From: Candidatus Geocrenenecus huangii
GTDB taxonomy: Archaea > Thermoproteota > Nitrososphaeria_A > Caldarchaeales > Wolframiiraptoraceae
Assembly (NCBI GenBank): GCA_023254095.1
Contig: JALNLM010000015.1
Coordinates: forward strand, 1 to 34,899
DNA length: 34,899 nt
Direction of reading: 5' to 3'
The translations under genes were made by a program, and so were the position numbers. Positions 1-8,772 of the stretch are shown here, piece after piece; the first letter of the stretch is position 1; the number at the start of each line of letters is the position of its first letter. The notes under the pieces were generated by a model, which was not told the origin of the DNA, searched no databases, and saw only the letters and a list, made by a program, of their open reading frames with translations.

Positions 1-91
1 GAATCTCATAAAGAGAATTGAAAGAATATTCTAGCGCTAGTTATCAAGTTTCTCAGAAACATGTAGAGAATCTCATAAAGAGAATTGAAAG
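1..91 (+). CRISPR. Trailer end of a CRISPR array: two identical 24-nt repeats GAATCTCATAAAGAGAATTGAAAG (1-24, 68-91) and one 43-nt spacer (25-67); probably continues upstream of the window
   Basis: Exact 24-nt direct repeat with a 43-nt unique spacer. The repeat ends in ATTGAAAG, the typical 8-nt 5' handle of crenarchaeal type I/III repeats, which gives the orientation. No cas genes in the window. Confidence 0.88.
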
Positions 92-94
92 ATT

Positions 95-319
95 TTATGA
101 GATGGTGCATCTGAGTCTCTCTACATGTCTGAGATTTATGAAGTATCTCTCTTTTACATTCTCAAGGATTATTACTGGAGGGTCTGAACTTAGGCTGTAT
201 CCGATGAGTTTACCGTAAATAGGCTCACCCCTAGCTGTGATTACTTCAACCTCCTTATCTAGGGATTGGTGTAGGTAAGCTCTAAACAAAGTAATCTTCT
301 TAACTACTTGACTCAACAT
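95..319 (-). CDS. Small Sm/LSm(Hfq)-fold protein, divergent, 74 aa
   Basis: N-terminal helix then LDKEVEVITARGEPIYGKLIGY (Sm1-like strands) and RYFINLRHVERL (Sm2-like). SD-like GGGTGGTGA directly before the ATG. Lacks the canonical SmAP D-x-x-M-N and IRGxNI residues. Confidence 0.65.
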   Translation of the reverse strand: MLSQVVKKITLFRAYLHQSLDKEVEVITARGEPIYGKLIGYSLSSDPPVIILENVKERYFINLRHVERLRCTIS

Positions 320-1232
320 TCACCACCCGAGCCTACATGCCTTAGATTATTCACCGAAATTAATATTTAATACAGCGAAAACTTAAAAATCTTAATGCTA
401 AGAGGCTCCTCTCCTCATACTCTATTCATAATTACTTGTTGAGATATCCCTGATACGAATACTTAGTGGATGCGCCCACGTATCCTATCTAGACAGTATC
501 GTTGCTTCTATAGTACTATCTTGTTAGACCATAATCCCTATGGGTCTGAAATATCCATACTACGAGTATGGACAGTATATTGATCATAAGCAGAATTCTA
601 CCTAGTAACCGATAAAGTTCTCCGCTATGAACAGCATCGATAGACAAAGTATTATGCCTACCATGAGCAGTGATACCTCTTAAAGATTCCTCCAATGTAG
701 AAATATCCCAGTCCCAGAGAGAAGAATCCACCAATAAATACTAGTGGAGTCGCAATAATTCTTTTCTTCTTTTTACATATTGATGCTTACCCTATTGTAA
801 TTACAGTCTCTTAGAATTTACGATCTCTTCATCGCTGTTAGGGAGATGAATAAGCGGATAAAGGATTATCTCTAACCCCCGAAAAATTAGGACATAGGTT
901 CCTCTAAATATCCCCTAAATGGGGGAAGATATCGATAGTGGGGAATAAGATGAAGGTCTCTCCTTTCTCTTCTCTCATCTTAAGATGAAGATTCCGGGAA
1001 GAGACATACTACGACCCAATGTTGAAGAGGGTGGAATGACAGAAAAACTAGAAGCAGTCTTAAAAACCCTGGCTTCAAGACACCCCCATTATATTTTTTA
1101 ACATGATATAATCCCATCTAGAAAAACATCGACAAACTAAGCCTCTATTCAATGATTTCATCTACTCCAGCAAAGGTAAACCTTATAGCACAAACCTGCG
1201 TCCAACCATAAAAATAATACCATATTAAAAGT

Positions 1233-1250
1233 AAGAAGGTTAATAAAAAA
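1233..1250 (+). promoter_or_regulatory. BRE/TATA promoter of tRNA-Asp
   Basis: AAGAAGG followed by TTAATAAA (1240-1247), about 25 nt upstream of the tRNA 5' end. Confidence 0.55.
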
Positions 1251-1271
1251 CTACGATGAAAGAATATGTGA

Positions 1272-1345
1272 GCCCTGGTAGTATAGTCCGGTTAGTATAC
1301 GGGCCTGTCGAGCCCGGGACCCGGGTTCAAATCCCGGCCAGGGCG
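1272..1345 (+). tRNA. tRNA-Asp (GUC), intronless, CCA not encoded
   Basis: Acceptor stem GCCCTGG/CCAGGGC; anticodon arm CGGGC-CTGTCGA-GCCCG; T arm CCGGG-TTCAAAT-CCCGG; discriminator G. Confidence 0.97.
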
Positions 1346-1352
1346 CTACACC

Positions 1353-1358
1353 TTTTTT
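1353..1358 (+). terminator. Oligo-T terminator after tRNA-Asp
   Basis: TTTTTT 8 nt downstream of the tRNA, as in archaeal intrinsic terminators. Confidence 0.55.
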
Positions 1359-1430
1359 GAGAGTATCTTTAGATTTCTAGACCTATTTTCATTTCTCGAT
1401 GGATTTTTTCCAGTCCTTTTTCAAAGGCAT

Positions 1431-2132
1431 TCATCGAGTAAGCTCTATCTTCAAGATGGGAAAGGAATGCCAGTTCTCCTTGACATCGTATTTCCAAAAC
1501 TTGTTCTCTTCACTCTTTAAGATCTCTAAAGTCTCGTTGAGCGTGGTTGAGTGCGTCCTTATGATATAATGGATTACTATGCTGGTTAGCCTACTATATC
1601 CGTAATCGCTCAACTTTTTAGCGACAATCTATTTAGGTATATCACTACGTAGATCAAATATCCATGCGTTTCCTTCGTCTTTAAACACCCTGTAGATCTC
1701 ATTAATTATACGTATTGGTCTTTTCCAATGGTGTAGAGAACCCGTACTTATCACTAAGTCGAATAAGGAATCTTCGAAAGTCATCTCGTTTGCATTTTCA
1801 ACCATAAATTTGACTTTCTCTAAAAGCTTTGCCTTTTCAGCATTCTTTCTAGCGATCCTCACCATATCATTGGATAGATCTATTCCTATTACTTCAATAT
1901 TCGGAGCCAACTTAGCTATCTCTATCGGCAAGTACCCAGGCCCTGTACCAACATCTAGGATTTTCCCACTATAAATTTCGGATGCAACTTCACTAGCTAC
2001 TTCTCTATAGAAATCCTTCATGAGCCTAGTTCTCGCAAAGAGATCATATATCCTCGTGAAAGGGAGAGGTATAGCCTCAGGAACATGTTTTTCTAAAAAT
2101 CTATAAACAGTTTCTAACATAGGTGTTTTCAA
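1431..2132 (-). pseudogene. Class I SAM-dependent methyltransferase (UbiE/Methyltransf_11-like) interrupted by one in-frame TAG at 1629-1631
   Basis: ILDVGTGPG motif I, GIDLS, FDLVISTGSLHHW. ORFs 1629-2132 and 1431-1613 share a frame and are joined by ...DIPK*IVAKKLSDYG... Confidence 0.75.
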
Positions 2133-2281
2133 ATAATACTATTCATTAATAGTGATAAAAACCTATTGACCCTCCTGCAGAGTGCAAACAACTTAGATTC
2201 TGATTTTATACTCTTCGAATCCTTTAGGGACTGTAAAGATGTCTTCTATGTGGCCAACGTCACTACTTTTCCTGAAAAGCA

Positions 2282-3217
2282 TTACCACCATCTCGAGCTA
2301 TACTTCAACAGCTTCTCTCCATCCATAGGCTTCCTGAAGATGAATAGGTGCTCGTGGGCTATGAGGTAGAAACCCTGCTTGCCCCAGCCTCTCCACTTCT
2401 CTCTAGTAATCTTCGTCCTCCACTGCTGCTTTATTATATCCTCCTTGAGTACGAAGCCTACTTCGAGGAACTTCTGCATAACCTTGAAGGCTATAGGCAC
2501 GTAGTGCCCATGCTTCCTAGTGTCCCCGATTAGTATAGCGCAGTATTTTCCTGGCTTCAACACTCTGAAGCATTCTTCAGCAACCACCTTCATTTCTCCA
2601 ATATAGTCTTCCAGGTTCAAAGCGGAGAGGTCTCCTTCCACTCTGGCCTTTGTATAAGACACTATGGATGCGTAGGGTGGATGTGTAGCGATAAGGTCTA
2701 TGCTTTCATCTCTCACCTTATCCAGATTCCTCGCGTCACCGACGTAAGTGAGTATTTCCGGCTCGACGTATCTCTTATCTAAAGGGTTATAGCTAAAATC
2801 TAGCCTATCTCTCGCAACCATAACGCTATTCCGATTTATGTCCACGCCGATAGCGTTGCGGCCCAAGAGCTTGCACTCCACCAAAGTAGTCCCTGAGCCC
2901 ATCATCTGGTCTAAGACCCATTCCCCGGGTTTCGTGAATCTTAGGATTAAGTTCCGAGGTATGAAAGGGCTCCAATTCCCACGATAATCCCCACGATGCG
3001 TTGCCCATTCACCTCTGTCAGGGAAACTCCAGATAGTTGTTGTCTCAAGCTTATAATCGCTGGGTGGAGAATAACTCTCTATCTCTCGCTCTTTTCCAAG
3101 CTCTATCTCTACATCTTCTATTATGACCTTCCTGTGTTTTCTAATGAATTCCAAGTAGTCTTCATATGTAACCAGCTCCATACTGCGGTAACCAATCTTA
3201 GATTTTTCCAAACTCAC
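2282..3217 (-). CDS. N4/N6 amino-methyltransferase (DNA methylase N6_N4 / Trm11-like), orphan; start may be ATG 3181
   Basis: SAM-binding VLDQMMGSGTT, catalytic THPPY, CFRVLKPGKY. No adjacent restriction endonuclease. Confidence 0.8.
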   Translation of the reverse strand: MSLEKSKIGYRSMELVTYEDYLEFIRKHRKVIIEDVEIELGKEREIESYSPPSDYKLETTTIWSFPDRGEWATHRGDYRGNWSPFIPRNLILRFTKPGEWVLDQMMGSGTTLVECKLLGRNAIGVDINRNSVMVARDRLDFSYNPLDKRYVEPEILTYVGDARNLDKVRDESIDLIATHPPYASIVSYTKARVEGDLSALNLEDYIGEMKVVAEECFRVLKPGKYCAILIGDTRKHGHYVPIAFKVMQKFLEVGFVLKEDIIKQQWRTKITREKWRGWGKQGFYLIAHEHLFIFRKPMDGEKLLKYSSRWW

Positions 3218-3390
3218 TTCAGTAAGATTACTTACTAAACCTAATATACTTTTAGCGGGCCAAAAATCCGATAAAACCGATTGACAAGACTCTAGATATG
3301 GAATTTCTCGGCACTCCTCAACTGCGAATGAACTACTTAGATGGAAGCATACATCAAAGCGATGCTATGAGAAATATCGCCGTTAGATAA

Positions 3391-3417
3391 TTATAAACCA
3401 CTAATATGTGGGTTTAT
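3391..3417 (+). promoter_or_regulatory. thi4 TATA box overlapped by inverted repeat ATAAACC-N11-GGTTTAT (candidate operator)
   Basis: TTATAAA at 3391-3397; 7-bp perfect arms at 3393-3399 and 3411-3417. Confidence 0.45.
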
Positions 3418-3448
3418 CAACAGGTTTTCCACTCTAGATTATGGAGAA

Positions 3449-4231
3449 ATGATTGAGGAGTCGGAGATTACCCGGATGATAATCGAAGAGAGTATGAAAG
3501 ATTGGTTAGATATAGCTGAGGTAGACGTAGCGGTGGTTGGAGCTGGTCCATCAGGTTTAACTGCTGCCTACTATCTATCTAGAGCAGGCCTCAAGTCCGT
3601 CGTTTTCGAGAGAAGACTTTCATTTGGAGGAGGCATAGGAGGTGGCGGCATGCTCTACCACAAAATCGTTGTAGAGTCTTCCGCAAACGAGATCTTGAGA
3701 GAGATGGGCTGCAGACTTGAAAAGATAACGGAAAATCTTTACGTATTAGATAATGTAGATATGATTGCTAAGCTCGCCTCAGCCGCGATCGATGCAGGAG
3801 CGAAAATAATGCTAGGTGTAACAGTTGAAGACGTGGTCTTCAGAGATGAAGAAAGAACAAGGATAACTGGTGTAGTTGTCCCATGGACTGCTGTCACAAT
3901 GTCTGGACTTCACGTTGACCCAATTGGAGTTAAAGCAAGAGCCGTAGTTGATTGTACAGGTCATCCCGCCGAAGTCCTATCTATAGCTGCCAGGAAGATC
4001 CCTAGATTAAATTTAGAAATTAGAGGTGAGAAGTCTATGTGGGCTTCTGAAAGTGAAAGATTGGTTGTTGAAAAAACTGGCGAAGTTTGTGAAGGGCTCT
4101 GGGCCGCGGGGATGGCTGTCTCAGCGATCTATTCTACACCGAGGATGGGACCCATCTTCGGAGGAATGATTTTAAGTGGAAGAAAAGTCTTGGAAATGAT
4201 AATTTCTAAGCTAAAAGGTAGAAACGCTTAG
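3449..4231 (+). CDS. thi4: Thiazole synthase Thi4, His-type (sulfide-dependent)
   Basis: DVAVVGAGPSGL, ERRLSFGGGIGGGG, GLHVDP, DCTGH, PRMGPIFGGMILSG. Confidence 0.95.
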   Translation: MIEESEITRMIIEESMKDWLDIAEVDVAVVGAGPSGLTAAYYLSRAGLKSVVFERRLSFGGGIGGGGMLYHKIVVESSANEILREMGCRLEKITENLYVLDNVDMIAKLASAAIDAGAKIMLGVTVEDVVFRDEERTRITGVVVPWTAVTMSGLHVDPIGVKARAVVDCTGHPAEVLSIAARKIPRLNLEIRGEKSMWASESERLVVEKTGEVCEGLWAAGMAVSAIYSTPRMGPIFGGMILSGRKVLEMIISKLKGRNA

Positions 4232-4262
4232 TGGATTCACAAGCCTAGATGACGTGGTGTAC

Positions 4263-5351
4263 CTAGAGCATCGATTTGAAGCGTCTCCTCAAGTCTCCAA
4301 TATACACGTAGTCTAACACGGTCCCACTTGCTTCAGCAATCTTCATGTGGTCTATTAGTGATTTTGATCTTCCTCCAGCTAATCCGTCGGCGATTAAAGC
4401 GGCTCCTTGAGCAGCTGATTTAGCCTTTGCTTTGAAGCCTATTATTCTTTCAACTCTAGCTATCTCTGAAAGTCTATCCTCCAGTTCATCATATATTTCT
4501 GAGATGCCGCTTAATCTACCGGAGATAATTATTGCTTGAGGCTCTTTAACAGATGCGTTCAGGGCTCTAACCATCTTCTCAATGCCTTCAATGAATGCTT
4601 CATAAGCTATAGAGGCCATCTCATTTATTTTGATTATTCTTGGCAGGTCTTCAGGTGCTAGACTATAGTCCCCGATGATGGTTCTTAAACCACCTGTAAA
4701 CAACATATTCTTGCTAAACGAGCCTAGGAGATAAGCTACCTCCATATCTAGAGAACCACATGTAAGGAATGCTGGGCCAGCCCTACTTCCACCTATCCCA
4801 TCAACTATTCTACCATTCTCGATAGCTATTCCCGCGTTAAATCCGAAGCCGATCTCAACCATTATTAATGAGACTTCATTAAATGGTATCCCATGTCTTC
4901 TAGAGTAGTCATATATTGCTAGAACTGCACAACATAGTTTATCAGCGGTCCCCATATCGATTGCATTCAATTTTCTATGTGTCGGAACAGTTGGTAGATG
5001 GATGACACCCGGTATTAGATAGATGTTGAGCATAGTCATTTTCAATCTCTTCAGTACCTTGGTAAGCCCGGTCAACACGGATAAATCTACATCATCATGC
5101 TTAACAAGAGTTATGTAGAAAAGATCTTCATCCGTTATTTCTGATAGACGTTTTAACGGAACCCCATATCCTGATGGACCGACTACAGCATCTAGAGGCT
5201 GGTTATCTAAAAGCATCTTGACAAGGCATTCAGGATCTCTATCTACCTCACTGGTATGAATAGACTCATCCAGAAAGACTTCCTCATCTTCAAGTCCGAA
5301 AATGTCAAAGCTCCTAGTCCCAGGGTCTATACCGACAACCCTTGGAGCCAT
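4263..5351 (-). CDS. DUF1464 family protein (ASKHA/butyrate-kinase-like); ORF open to 5408
   Basis: VVGIDPGTRSFD, GPSGYG, PGVIHLPTVP, IDMGTADK, AAQGAALIADGLAGG. Confidence 0.85.
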   Translation of the reverse strand: MAPRVVGIDPGTRSFDIFGLEDEEVFLDESIHTSEVDRDPECLVKMLLDNQPLDAVVGPSGYGVPLKRLSEITDEDLFYITLVKHDDVDLSVLTGLTKVLKRLKMTMLNIYLIPGVIHLPTVPTHRKLNAIDMGTADKLCCAVLAIYDYSRRHGIPFNEVSLIMVEIGFGFNAGIAIENGRIVDGIGGSRAGPAFLTCGSLDMEVAYLLGSFSKNMLFTGGLRTIIGDYSLAPEDLPRIIKINEMASIAYEAFIEGIEKMVRALNASVKEPQAIIISGRLSGISEIYDELEDRLSEIARVERIIGFKAKAKSAAQGAALIADGLAGGRSKSLIDHMKIAEASGTVLDYVYIGDLRRRFKSML

Positions 5352-6062
5352 GTTAGAAGAACCTGTACTCCCTCTTATAATCTTGTCACTTACGCTGAAT
5401 AGAATCACTTTTTACTAGATCTTCTTACCTGCATAAATGATGTCTATTCTGGAGTGTAGAATAAATCTCCAACAAATAGAAAGTTTATGTGAAAACGTTT
5501 GCTTATACTCTCTCTTAGTTGTTCACGAGGGTTTTTCTTCCGCATTCTTATCCAAAAATCCCTAGATCTAGTAGTTAAATAATTCGTTAGTCATGATGGA
5601 GACTGCCAGGTAGAATGGTTACTCATTCTTCTCTTAGAGATTTCGCTAAGATAGGTATCGCTTCGATCATCATAGCTTCTATTGTACTTCATTTCTATAT
5701 CACCGTTTAGGGTAGATTTCTTTAATCAAATGTAGATAGGCCTCTTAGTTCCTATTGCACATTGAGTAGAGTGGTCATAATAAGTGCCTGGAAAGATCTT
5801 GTTGCGGTAAAAGTTCTAGATAGTAGGTCGAGTACAATCTGCTTCTTTAATAAGATGGAGAATGGGTCTGAAGGTATATGTGTTGTAAAGGAACATGACG
5901 TCTATATTGTCGTTCGCGATAATTTTAAAGACGTGGTAGAATGTTCTCAACCACCTACAGTCTCTATTAGAATTGAGACTCCTACACCAGTAGACTGATT
6001 CGTTTCCTTAGTTCTATATGTTAGGAGAGTAGGAAAAATAGGATCTTGTAAATATGATAGGG

Positions 6063-6113
6063 TTAAATACATCTATGAAGATATCGATATCGATAATATG
6101 TCGACATCGATAA
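6063..6113 (+). promoter_or_regulatory. padR promoter (TTAAATA) and tandem palindromic operator spanning the start codon
   Basis: Palindromes TATCGATATCGATA (6082-6095) and ATGTCGACAT (6098-6107); imperfect 16-bp direct repeat 6081-6096 / 6098-6113 (14/16). Confidence 0.6.
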
Positions 6114-6667
6114 GAAGTGGTAGGAAGAGACATTGGTTGAAACACATGGCTGTGGCGCCGAAAGGGTTACTGAGATATTATGTGTTAGAAATATTATCTA
6201 AAGAGCCAAAATCGGGGTCTGATATAATGGATTTTGTTGAAGAGTACAGTGGTGGGCTCTGGAGACCTAGCCCGGGCTCGATTTATCCACTGCTTGAATT
6301 GTTGAGAGACAAAGGATACATAAAAGAAATTCAACGCGGTGAAACCACTACAAGGAAGTATACTTTAACCGAGAAGGGGTGGAGGCTTCTTGAAGAGCAG
6401 AGAAGGGCAAAGATCCTGATGATGATTTCTTGGAGACTCTTCGCTCCCCATTTTCTAGATTTGACTTTCTTTAACACATGTAGTAATGAACGACGTGAAT
6501 TATTGAGGGAACTGAAGAATTTCATGCAGGCTCTCTTTAGCTTAGAGGCCGAGCTACGGGAGAAAGATGATAAAGAGTATATTGAATCAGTTACGACGAT
6601 ATTGAAGGATGCCTCTCTCAAACTTAAGGAATTAAGGAAGAAGATGGAGATGAGGATGAATGAGTGA
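6098..6667 (+). CDS. PadR family transcriptional regulator
   Basis: GLLRYYVLEILSKEPKSGSDIM, WRPSPGSIYPLL, RKYTLTEKG winged-helix motifs. Confidence 0.92.
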   Translation: MSTSIRSGRKRHWLKHMAVAPKGLLRYYVLEILSKEPKSGSDIMDFVEEYSGGLWRPSPGSIYPLLELLRDKGYIKEIQRGETTTRKYTLTEKGWRLLEEQRRAKILMMISWRLFAPHFLDLTFFNTCSNERRELLRELKNFMQALFSLEAELREKDDKEYIESVTTILKDASLKLKELRKKMEMRMNE

Positions 6668-7664
6668 AGATGCTATAATAGCTGAGAATCTAACAAAGAT
6701 CTTCAATGGAAATTTGGTGGCCGTGGACCATGTTTCTTTCAGCGTAAGGAGGGGAGAGATATTTGGTTTGCTTGGTCCAAATGGTGCAGGTAAGACCACA
6801 ACGATAAATATACTCACTACTGTTCTAAAACCTACGGAGGGCAGAGCATTCATAATGGGGTATGACGTCGTTAAACATGCAAGCACTGTAAGAAGACTGA
6901 TAGGTGTAGTTCCACAAGAATACACAGCGGATGAAGACCTAACAGGGTACGAGAACATCATACTATGCGGAGACCTTTATGGAATACCTAGAGATATATC
7001 AAAGAAGCGGGCCATCGAGCTTCTGGGACTCATGGAGTTAACAAAATTCAAAGATAAGAAGGTTGAAACATATTCCGGCGGGATGAGGAGGAGGTTAGAG
7101 CTTGCATGTGGTTTAATCAATAGACCAAGAATATTGTTCCTGGATGAGCCTACTCTAGGCTTAGATGTTCAGACGAGGTCAGCTATATGGAGTTACATCA
7201 AGAAGTTAAAAGATGAATACAGCATCACCATACTCATGACTACACATTATATGGAGGAGGCAGACAGCTTATGCAATAGAATAGCGATAATTGATCATGG
7301 AAAGATAATGGTTACAGGAACGCCGGAGGAATTGAAGAACTCTGTGGGTAGTGACATCATGGTGATAGTCATAAAGGAGCGAGAAGATGTTACAGACCTA
7401 ATCGATAGAGTGGATTACGTCAAGGAAGTTAGGAAGAAAGAAGATGGAACATACATTGTAAGGCTGGAAGAGGGAGAAGTAGCGGCCCCCATCATTATTG
7501 AGCATCTCAGACAGAGGGGGTATCATGTTATGAAGCTATCGATCAGCAAACCTACATTAGATGAGGTATTCCTCACATATACTGGTAGAGCTATGAGGGA
7601 TTCTGAGGAAAGCGAAGAAGCAGTTATGTCAAGGAGAATTATGTTGAGGAGGGCGAGGAGATGA
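6660..7664 (+). CDS. ABC-2 exporter ATP-binding protein (DrrA-like)
   Basis: Walker A GPNGAGKTT, signature YSGGMRRRLE, Walker B LFLDEPT, TTHYMEEAD, C-terminal PTLDEVFL. Confidence 0.95.
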   Translation: MSEDAIIAENLTKIFNGNLVAVDHVSFSVRRGEIFGLLGPNGAGKTTTINILTTVLKPTEGRAFIMGYDVVKHASTVRRLIGVVPQEYTADEDLTGYENIILCGDLYGIPRDISKKRAIELLGLMELTKFKDKKVETYSGGMRRRLELACGLINRPRILFLDEPTLGLDVQTRSAIWSYIKKLKDEYSITILMTTHYMEEADSLCNRIAIIDHGKIMVTGTPEELKNSVGSDIMVIVIKEREDVTDLIDRVDYVKEVRKKEDGTYIVRLEEGEVAAPIIIEHLRQRGYHVMKLSISKPTLDEVFLTYTGRAMRDSEESEEAVMSRRIMLRRARR

Positions 7665-8626
7665 TTTCGCACGAGTATGAAGAGCTTGATGTTAGGAGGA
7701 TGTTCCAAGGACTATGGGGTCTAACAAGTAGGGAACTAAAGAAGTGGATGAAGGAGCCGATAATATTATTCCTAGCTATAGTGCAGCCAATAATGTGGAT
7801 GATTTTATTCGGTAAATCGATGAATTTAGGATCTATCTTCTCATCTACTAATCTAAACAGCATAAATATTCCAGAAATAATGGTGCCTGGCGACCTGCTT
7901 AATCCTCCGATAAGCGGGGTTGTAAATATACCAGGCTACGTAATATCTAGTAGTCTTAGAAACCTTCTTGAGGTGATCGGTGCAAAAGCTATGGAGTCCG
8001 TTTTCGGAGTATCAGACTATTTTAGCTATCTAGCTGTAGGAATGGTATCTATGATAACTATATTTACTTCAACATTCACGGGAATGTCTATCGTATGGGA
8101 TAGGAGACTAGGATTTCTATATAAGGTGTTGAGTACCCCCGTCCCAAGATCCGCGATAATATTATCAAAAGTACTCAATGCAGCTATACGATCCATCTTT
8201 CAATCAACGATAATCCTTGGATTAGCAGTACTCCTAGGTGTTAAGTTTAGCTCAACGTTTAGCTTACTGAATCTACTATCAATCTATTTAGCTATCTTCC
8301 TCTTCTCGACCGGCTTGTCATCTCTGTTTCTAGCTTTCGCTCTGCGATCCACTAGGCATGAAACGCAGATGGCCATAGTAAACTTATTCACTATGCCGTT
8401 AATGTTTACTAGTAATGCATTCTTCCCGGTTTCCATGATGCCTAATTGGCTTCAAGCTATAGCTATAGTAAACCCGGTCAGCTACATGACTGATATAGTA
8501 CGTCAGCTTACCATCTACCAGACAGACTTAACGACATTATTCACGGATTTAGCTTACCTAGGGTTATTCGCTATTTCTCTTTCAACATTAGGAATAATCC
8601 TCGCATGGAAGTATCTAGTAAAGTAG
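7661..8626 (+). CDS. ABC-2 exporter permease (DrrB-like)
   Basis: Multiple TM segments, SIVWDRRLGFL...PVPRSAIILSK, MPNWLQAIAIVNPVSY; ATGA overlap with the ATPase gene. Confidence 0.93.
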   Translation: MISHEYEELDVRRMFQGLWGLTSRELKKWMKEPIILFLAIVQPIMWMILFGKSMNLGSIFSSTNLNSINIPEIMVPGDLLNPPISGVVNIPGYVISSSLRNLLEVIGAKAMESVFGVSDYFSYLAVGMVSMITIFTSTFTGMSIVWDRRLGFLYKVLSTPVPRSAIILSKVLNAAIRSIFQSTIILGLAVLLGVKFSSTFSLLNLLSIYLAIFLFSTGLSSLFLAFALRSTRHETQMAIVNLFTMPLMFTSNAFFPVSMMPNWLQAIAIVNPVSYMTDIVRQLTIYQTDLTTLFTDLAYLGLFAISLSTLGIILAWKYLVK

Positions 8627-8772
8627 CATAATATCCCAAGACATCTCCCCATGTTTACTCCATCAAGATTACACAAATATTTGATCTTACTTTCAATTTA
8701 CTTGCAGGAATTTATAAAATATAGAAAAATATTTATATTCTCAATTAATTGATAATGAGTCCGTGATGAGAA

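Noticed and set aside
92-160. A further spacer and degenerate third CRISPR repeat
   Set aside because: No repeat-like sequence at the expected position near 135; the region is the 3' end of the Sm-like gene.
18-218. 66-aa plus-strand ORF
   Set aside because: Runs through the CRISPR repeat and spacer and lies antisense to the better-supported Sm-like gene.
516-734. 72-aa minus-strand ORF
   Set aside because: No recognisable motif or convincing translation signal.
1272-1430. Integrated element at tRNA-Asp
   Set aside because: No integrase and no duplicate of the tRNA 3' end seen in the window.
3240-3448. TPP riboswitch upstream of thi4
   Set aside because: Only a weak TGAGAAAT resemblance; the conserved CUGAU and GCGnAGG core is absent.
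5762-5998. 78-aa ORF in the DUF1464-padR gap
   Set aside because: TTG start, no recognisable family or SD; cannot be supported, though a degraded gene in 5410-6050 is not excluded.
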